This document shows, in pieces, positions 26,965 to 32,000 of a stretch of 32,000 nt of DNA. The notes below the pieces were generated by a model. The model ran no database searches, was not told where the DNA came from, and saw nothing but the letters and a program-made list of their open reading frames with translations. Location: the NCBI GenBank assembly GCA_026387835.1, contig JAPLKZ010000004.1, forward strand, positions 41,928 through 73,927, read 5' to 3'. A program made the position numbers and the translations under genes. Each line of letters starts with the position of its first letter. Within the stretch, counting starts at the first letter, position 1. This stretch comes from Candidatus Saganbacteria bacterium (GTDB lineage: Bacteria > Margulisbacteria > WOR-1 > JAKLHX01).

Positions 26965-27491
26965 AGGCGTCCTTCCGCATTCAACAGTAATCTCTTGTTG
27001 TCCATTCCGTATGAAAACCCGCCGAAGTCCTTCTTGCCCACGACCCTGTGACAGGGTATTACTACCGGAAGCCTGTTCCTTGAAAGCGCCTGGCCCACGG
27101 CCCTTGAGAAATTTGTATCGCCGATAAGGCGCGCTACCCAGCTGTACGAGCGCGTTTGTCCCCTCGGGATAGTCGCCGTTACCGCGAACACTTTTTTGTC
27201 AAAATCCGAGAAACCTTCAAGATCAAGACGATAATTGAACCTGACTCTTTTCTTTGCGAAATACCTTTTTAATTTTTTTTTGAGCCCGCCAAACGAAGCG
27301 GAATATTTCCTTATTTTTTTGAATGTCTTTTTGACCGTTTCTATCAGCTCGGACGGCGTTTTTTTGGGGAGTATTATGGAATACAATCCTTTATATGTCC
27401 TGATAGCGGCCATATACCCCGCGGGCATTTTAAATATCGCGTATGTGAATGTCTTTCGCTGAGTTACTCCCATATCCTGTAATTTTATCAT
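26958..27491 (-). CDS. ogt: methylated-DNA--[protein]-cysteine S-methyltransferase family
   Basis: 177 aa; FDKKVFAVTATIPRGQTRSYSWVARLIG, FSRAVGQALSRNRLPVVIPCHRVVGKKDFGGFSYG. Start ambiguous: 27491 gives an ATGA overlap with mrdA; 27473 is the alternative ATG. Confidence 0.92.
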   Translation of the reverse strand: MIKLQDMGVTQRKTFTYAIFKMPAGYMAAIRTYKGLYSIILPKKTPSELIETVKKTFKKIRKYSASFGGLKKKLKRYFAKKRVRFNYRLDLEGFSDFDKKVFAVTATIPRGQTRSYSWVARLIGDTNFSRAVGQALSRNRLPVVIPCHRVVGKKDFGGFSYGMDNKRLLLNAEGRLW

Positions 27492-29263
27492 GGAAATCGA
27501 GTATCCGGCCCGGTCCTGCTGACCCTGTTATCCAGATACCATTTCAATATGTCGTGCGCTATCCTGGCGGTCACCTGATCGCCGTGCATCCCGTGCTCGA
27601 CGAACGCTGCTATCGCTATTTGCGGTTCGTTATAAGGCGCGTAGCAGACGAACCAGGCGTGCGGAGGTTTTCTCGGGTTCTCGGCTGTCCCGGTCTTCCC
27701 TGCAGCTTCAAAAGTGATTATCCTTGCCGCCCTTCCGGTGCCTCTTGACACGACATCATGCAGAGCTGACCTTACAAGGACAAGGTTTTTTTGCGAGACA
27801 GGCACATCCCCGATCCGTTTTGGTTTATATAAATATATTTCTTCACCTTCCCTGTCTCTGATGTCGGTCACCAGATGCGGTTCAAATCGTGCGATGCCGT
27901 TGGCTATAGACGCGTATACATTCACCATCTGCAAAGGCGTCACCCATAAAAATCCCTGGCCGATGCCGTAGTTTATCGAATCTCCGGGATACCATGGTTC
28001 CTTATAGACCCTCTTTTTCCAAGCCGAGTCAGGGACCACTCCTTTTGCTTCCGACGGCAGATCTATCCCCGTGCGTTCCCCGAGACCGAACCCTTTTGCG
28101 AGATCGGCGAGCCGGTCCGGCCCGGCCCGGAGTCCCATATTGTAAAATACGATGTCGCATGACTGCACTAAGCCTTCCATAAGCGTCAGGGTCCCGTGCC
28201 CCTTTGTCTTCCAGCACTTTGCCGTGCGCTGGCCGAGCTTGAAATATCCCGGACAGAAGAATGTCTCTCCCGGTTTTGCCAGCGCTCTTTCAAGGACCGC
28301 AGAGATAGTTATCGCCTTAAAGATAGATCCAGGCGGATAAACGCTCAGGGCCCTGTTCAAGAACGGATGGTTCCCTCCGGACAGCTGTTTCCAGGTCGAG
28401 GGGGATATGGGACCGGAAAAGATATTAGGATCATAGCTCGGATGCGAAACGAGAGCAAGAACATCGCCGTTTGAAGGATCAAGGACCACCACGGCGCCGT
28501 TACTTGAACCGAGTGCTTTTTCAGCGGTTTTCTGAAGATCGAGATCTATTGTCAGTTTCAGGTTCTTTCCCGGTACGGACTCCTGCGCGTCTTTCATCTG
28601 CCCCGATGACCCGAATATATTTATGCTCGCCCTTTCGCCGCCGTTTGAGCCCCTCAGGTACGCGTCGTATATCTTTTCTATTCCCGCTTTCCCGATAAGG
28701 TCGCCGGAGCCGAGCAGCTTTCCGGAGTCCTTTTCTATATCAAGAGCGGTCACCTCGCCTATATAACCCAGCACGTGCGCCGCGATACTCTTGTTCGGAT
28801 AGACCCTGACGGGCCGCACGCTAACCACTACCCCTTCAAGGCCCGACCGTTCTTCTTCTATCCTTGTCACGGCATCGATAGGCGTGTTCTCCTTTATTAT
28901 GACGGGGTCAAAAGGCCGCGCCTTTTTTTCGTTCAATCTTTTCTCTATCTCTTCGGCCTGCATTGAAAGAAGCGCCGCCAGTTTTTTTATCAGATACTGC
29001 CTGTTCTTTGTCTCGCTCTGAAGCACATATACCGAAAAGACCGGTTTATTGCCGACAAGAAGCTTTCCGTACCTGTCATAGATCACGCCGCGCGGGGCGA
29101 TGACGGGCATCGTGCGGGCTGCGTTTATTTGTGCAAGCCGCCTGTAAGACGCGCTGTCTATCACCTGTACCTGCCACAGCCGCACTACTATTGCGGCCAG
29201 CGCCAGGCCGAGCACCGCACCGATCATAAGCGCCTGGCTTTTCATTTCCTTTATTTCATTCAT
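27488..29263 (-). CDS. mrdA: penicillin-binding protein 2
   Basis: 591 aa; N-terminal TM, APRGVIYDRYGKLLVGNKPVFSVYV, catalytic SxxK in YPPGSIFKAITI, KTG in EAAGKTGTAE. Confidence 0.96.
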   Translation of the reverse strand: MNEIKEMKSQALMIGAVLGLALAAIVVRLWQVQVIDSASYRRLAQINAARTMPVIAPRGVIYDRYGKLLVGNKPVFSVYVLQSETKNRQYLIKKLAALLSMQAEEIEKRLNEKKARPFDPVIIKENTPIDAVTRIEEERSGLEGVVVSVRPVRVYPNKSIAAHVLGYIGEVTALDIEKDSGKLLGSGDLIGKAGIEKIYDAYLRGSNGGERASINIFGSSGQMKDAQESVPGKNLKLTIDLDLQKTAEKALGSSNGAVVVLDPSNGDVLALVSHPSYDPNIFSGPISPSTWKQLSGGNHPFLNRALSVYPPGSIFKAITISAVLERALAKPGETFFCPGYFKLGQRTAKCWKTKGHGTLTLMEGLVQSCDIVFYNMGLRAGPDRLADLAKGFGLGERTGIDLPSEAKGVVPDSAWKKRVYKEPWYPGDSINYGIGQGFLWVTPLQMVNVYASIANGIARFEPHLVTDIRDREGEEIYLYKPKRIGDVPVSQKNLVLVRSALHDVVSRGTGRAARIITFEAAGKTGTAENPRKPPHAWFVCYAPYNEPQIAIAAFVEHGMHGDQVTARIAHDILKWYLDNRVSRTGPDTRFP

Positions 29264-29726
29264 TTTTACCTATTTTTGCGAGTGACATCTTCATCAGAGG
29301 TACGAATGCCGTGTTAAGCAATGCTGAAATGACCGCCGTTGTCCAAAACCCCGGATTGTTCCTGCCAAAAAATTGAGAGAGCAGAAGTGCTTCCGCAAGA
29401 AAAGTGATCAGGCTGCCCAAAAAGACGACCGCAAATATCACGGTATCTTCATCCCTGAACACGCTTTCCCTTGCGAGACCGCACAGGTAACCGGCCAGCG
29501 GATATGTGACCGTAAAGAACAGGATATTCGCCGCGGAAATATCCATAAGAAAACCTGAAAGAAGCCCTGCAAAAAAACCTTCGACCGTTCCCTTCATAAG
29601 ACCCCAGATGATGACCAGCGCCAGAAGCGGGCAAAAATAGGCGCCGAATAGCCTGATATGGGTCAATACAACGGTCTGCAGGACAAAGATGACAAGGATG
29701 AAAAGGAAAAGTCTGATTATTCGCAT
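29256..29726 (-). CDS. mreD: rod shape-determining protein MreD
   Basis: 156 aa multi-TM protein between mreC and mrdA; GTVEGFFAGLLSGFLMDI and LNTAFVPLM features. Confidence 0.88.
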   Translation of the reverse strand: MRIIRLFLFILVIFVLQTVVLTHIRLFGAYFCPLLALVIIWGLMKGTVEGFFAGLLSGFLMDISAANILFFTVTYPLAGYLCGLARESVFRDEDTVIFAVVFLGSLITFLAEALLLSQFFGRNNPGFWTTAVISALLNTAFVPLMKMSLAKIGKNE

Positions 29727-29730
29727 CGCT

Positions 29731-30543
29731 TTATCTTAGGATAAAGATCTTTTCTAAGTTTGAAAAATCGACAGCCGTGTCGATCATCACCTGTTGAAAA
29801 AGATCATAATCCTTTTTGCCTGTGCTTGAGACGCGCCCGACTATCAGCCCTTTAGGGAATACGGACGAATTGCCGGATGTGACCACCTCGTCGTTCACTC
29901 TTACATCCGCCGCTGAATCGATGTACCTGATCCTCATCTTTCCTTCCCCGAGCCCTGAAGCGGAGCCAATATTTCCGGTCCTTTTTATCGCGACCGAGAT
30001 GCCGCATCCGGGATCGGTGATCAGCATTATCCTGGAAGAATACTTGTCCGCTTCGATGACGCGGCCGACCAGGCCGCTTTCATTTATTACCGCCTTTTCC
30101 GCATGCACGCCGTCAGCCGTCCCTTTGTCCGCGGTCACGACCTCAAACCAGCTGCTGGCGCTTCTTGAGACCACCTCGGCAGCGAGCAGGCTCATCACAA
30201 AGGGGTCTTTTCTTTTGAAATTCAAAAGTCCGCGCATCTGCCTGTTCTCGCCGATCACGGATTCCAGCAGGCTGTTGACCGCCTTTTCCTGAGAGAGCCT
30301 TTCTCTCAGTCTTTCATTCTCTTTCTGGGCGCCGCGCAATGCGGCCACCGATCCGAGGGAATATTTAGCCCCGGAAACGATCTTGTACGCGGCAAACTGG
30401 AACGGATAGGTAATAAAAGAAATGAAGCTCTTTGTGAACCTTACCGGCGGGATCTCTCTTAAAATTGGTATATTGACTATGACTATCAGTGCGATGACCA
30501 ACACCGATGCTTTAAGAAAATTGTTCCTTGAGCCGTTTCGCAT
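29731..30543 (-). CDS. mreC: rod shape-determining protein MreC
   Basis: 270 aa; N-terminal TM, coiled coil, VVTADKGTADGVHAEKAVINESGLVGRVIE, NDEVVTSGNSSVFPKGLIVGRV. Confidence 0.94.
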   Translation of the reverse strand: MRNGSRNNFLKASVLVIALIVIVNIPILREIPPVRFTKSFISFITYPFQFAAYKIVSGAKYSLGSVAALRGAQKENERLRERLSQEKAVNSLLESVIGENRQMRGLLNFKRKDPFVMSLLAAEVVSRSASSWFEVVTADKGTADGVHAEKAVINESGLVGRVIEADKYSSRIMLITDPGCGISVAIKRTGNIGSASGLGEGKMRIRYIDSAADVRVNDEVVTSGNSSVFPKGLIVGRVSSTGKKDYDLFQQVMIDTAVDFSNLEKIFILR

Positions 30544-30561
30544 AGATAATGGCCGCCCGGA

Positions 30562-31608
30562 CTACTGCCAGGATTTCTTGTTGGTGATGAGCATCTTCTT
30601 GAGAGTATCTATCTCTTCAAGTACTTTTCCCGTGCCATAAGCGACACAGGAAAGCGGATCATCGACAACGTACACTGACATATCGGTCTCCTGGCTCAGG
30701 TGTTTATCTAAACCGCGAAGTAGCGACCCGCCTCCCGCCATTACTATGCCCCTGTCCATAATATCCGCGGCAAGTTCCGGCGGTGTCTTTTCAAGTGTCA
30801 TCCGAACAGCGTCAACTACCGTTGCTACAGGTTCGGCAAGCGCATCCCTGATCTCGGCCGATGTGAGCGTTATCGTTTTTGGCAGGCCGGACACAAGGTC
30901 CCTGCCTCTGACCTCGACGGTCCTCTCCTCGCCCAGAGGATAAGCCGATCCGATGTCGATCTTTATCTGCTCCGCGGTCCTTTCCCCGATCAGAAGGTTA
31001 TAATTTTTCCTGCAGTGAGCTACTATGGCTTCGTCCATTTCGTCTCCCGCCACGCGGATCGATTTTGAGACCACGATACCTCCGAGAGCCAGGACCGCGA
31101 CTTCAGTCGTGCCGCCCCCGATATCAACGATCATCGAACCTACCGGTTCCGACACGGGAAGCGAGGCGCCTATAGCCGCAGCCATCGGCTCTTCTATAAG
31201 GTACGCTTCTCTTGCGCCCGCGTGCATCGCCGCGTCGATCACTGCCCGCTTTTCCACCCCTGTTATCCCCGAAGGCACACCTATGACTATCCTCGGCCTT
31301 ACAAAAGCTGTCCTGTTATGGCTTTTTGTTATAAAATGCCTCATCATCATCTCTGTGACCTCGAAATCCGCGATGACCCCGTCCCTTAAAGGTCTTACCG
31401 CGATGATATTTGCCGGCGTCCTGCCGAGCATACCTTTTGCTTCGTTGCCGATCGCAAGGACTTTCCCTGTATCCTTATTTATTGCTACCACGGACGGCTC
31501 GCAGAGTATTATGCCCTCGCCTTTCGCGAACACAAGCGTCGTCGCCGTCCCGAGGTCTATCCCCAGGTCCCTTGAAAAATGTCCGAACACGTAATCGTAT
31601 ATCCCCAC
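30562..31608 (-). CDS. mreB: rod shape-determining protein MreB
   Basis: 348 aa; [38 protein letters not shown]-like segment, [48 protein letters not shown]. Confidence 0.98.
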   Translation of the reverse strand: MGIYDYVFGHFSRDLGIDLGTATTLVFAKGEGIILCEPSVVAINKDTGKVLAIGNEAKGMLGRTPANIIAVRPLRDGVIADFEVTEMMMRHFITKSHNRTAFVRPRIVIGVPSGITGVEKRAVIDAAMHAGAREAYLIEEPMAAAIGASLPVSEPVGSMIVDIGGGTTEVAVLALGGIVVSKSIRVAGDEMDEAIVAHCRKNYNLLIGERTAEQIKIDIGSAYPLGEERTVEVRGRDLVSGLPKTITLTSAEIRDALAEPVATVVDAVRMTLEKTPPELAADIMDRGIVMAGGGSLLRGLDKHLSQETDMSVYVVDDPLSCVAYGTGKVLEEIDTLKKMLITNKKSWQ

Positions 31609-31623
31609 TTTCTTTCTCCTTTC

Positions 31624-32000
31624 TTATTCTCCGTCAGATATTTTTCCGTCGAAACCTTTCGCCTTTAGGTCTTTCACGAGTTTTTCAGCGTTCTCTTTTG
31701 ATTTGAAAGCTCCCGCCTGTATCGAGAATTTCCCGCCCCCGATATCGTGGGCGAATATCTCTTCAAAACCTTTCGCATTGAGGTCTTTTATGATCTTCAC
31801 GGCTTTTTCCTTTGAGGGCGCCACGGCTGCCTGGACTTTAAAAAGGCTGTCCGGCAGTTCTTTTTTAAGCGCCTCTTTTGCTTTTTTAGTCGCTTTTACG
31901 GCCTTCTTTTCCGGAAAGAACGGGTTCTTTTTTATCAATACCTTTTCCGCCGGTTTTTCCTCGGGAGGCAGCGCCCACGATTTCGGTTCTTCTTTTTCCG
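31624..32000 (-). CDS. SPOR-domain protein, C-terminal part (5' end outside window)
   Basis: Two SPOR-like repeats: FKVQAAVAPSKEKAVKIIKDLNAKGFE and FSIQAGAFKSKENAEKLVKDLKAKGF. The frame stays open to the window edge (EKEEPKSWALPPEEKPAEKV...), so the TTG start at 31938 is probably not real. Confidence 0.85.
   Translation of the reverse strand, partial: EKEEPKSWALPPEEKPAEKVLIKKNPFFPEKKAVKATKKAKEALKKELPDSLFKVQAAVAPSKEKAVKIIKDLNAKGFEEIFAHDIGGGKFSIQAGAFKSKENAEKLVKDLKAKGFDGKISDGE

Noticed and set aside
31025-31594. 189-aa plus-strand ORF
   Set aside because: Antisense to mreB; Ser/Thr/Pro-rich shadow ORF.
1-32000. CRISPR array, tRNA/rRNA genes, prophage or transposase
   Set aside because: No regularly spaced direct repeats, no recognisable tRNA/rRNA sequence and no phage/IS proteins seen. 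tRNAscan-SE and CRISPR finders could not be run.

Overview
Compact bacterial chromosomal segment, mostly housekeeping genes in tightly packed or overlapping co-directional arrays. Gene style suggests an uncultured candidate-phylum bacterium, but I cannot place it taxonomically. Left edge: partial HD-domain gene, an AT-rich patch with a possible small membrane ORF, a truncated duplicate of the leuA 5' end, and a DUF2281-like/RelE-ParE-like toxin-antitoxin pair, then intact leuA. Next: a stand-alone Lrp/AsnC ligand-binding domain, DUF502 protein, CPA2-type antiporter, AmrS-like radical SAM, lipoate ligase, gcvPB, a MalK/UgpC-type ATPase, ribH-ribBA-ribE-nusB-accC, an unannotated 52-aa gene with its own promoter and terminator, an Nramp-like transporter paired with a soluble PRC/MgtE_N/CBS protein, dprA, GHL10-type hydrolase, folE, fhs, and an unusually large NagB-fold protein. 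The right end is a ~9.8 kb minus-strand array: SPOR-mreB-mreC-mreD-mrdA-ogt-polysaccharide deacetylase-hisF-polyprenyl synthase-YuiD/DUF212-dxs. I found no tRNA/rRNA, CRISPR, prophage or transposase. The best candidates for follow-up are the Nramp-like/MgtE_N-CBS pair, the 442-aa divergent NagB-like protein, the orphan 52-aa gene, the in-frame 7-bp repeat insertion in dxs, and the leuA 5' fragment beside the TA module. None of these alone demonstrates a new biological system.
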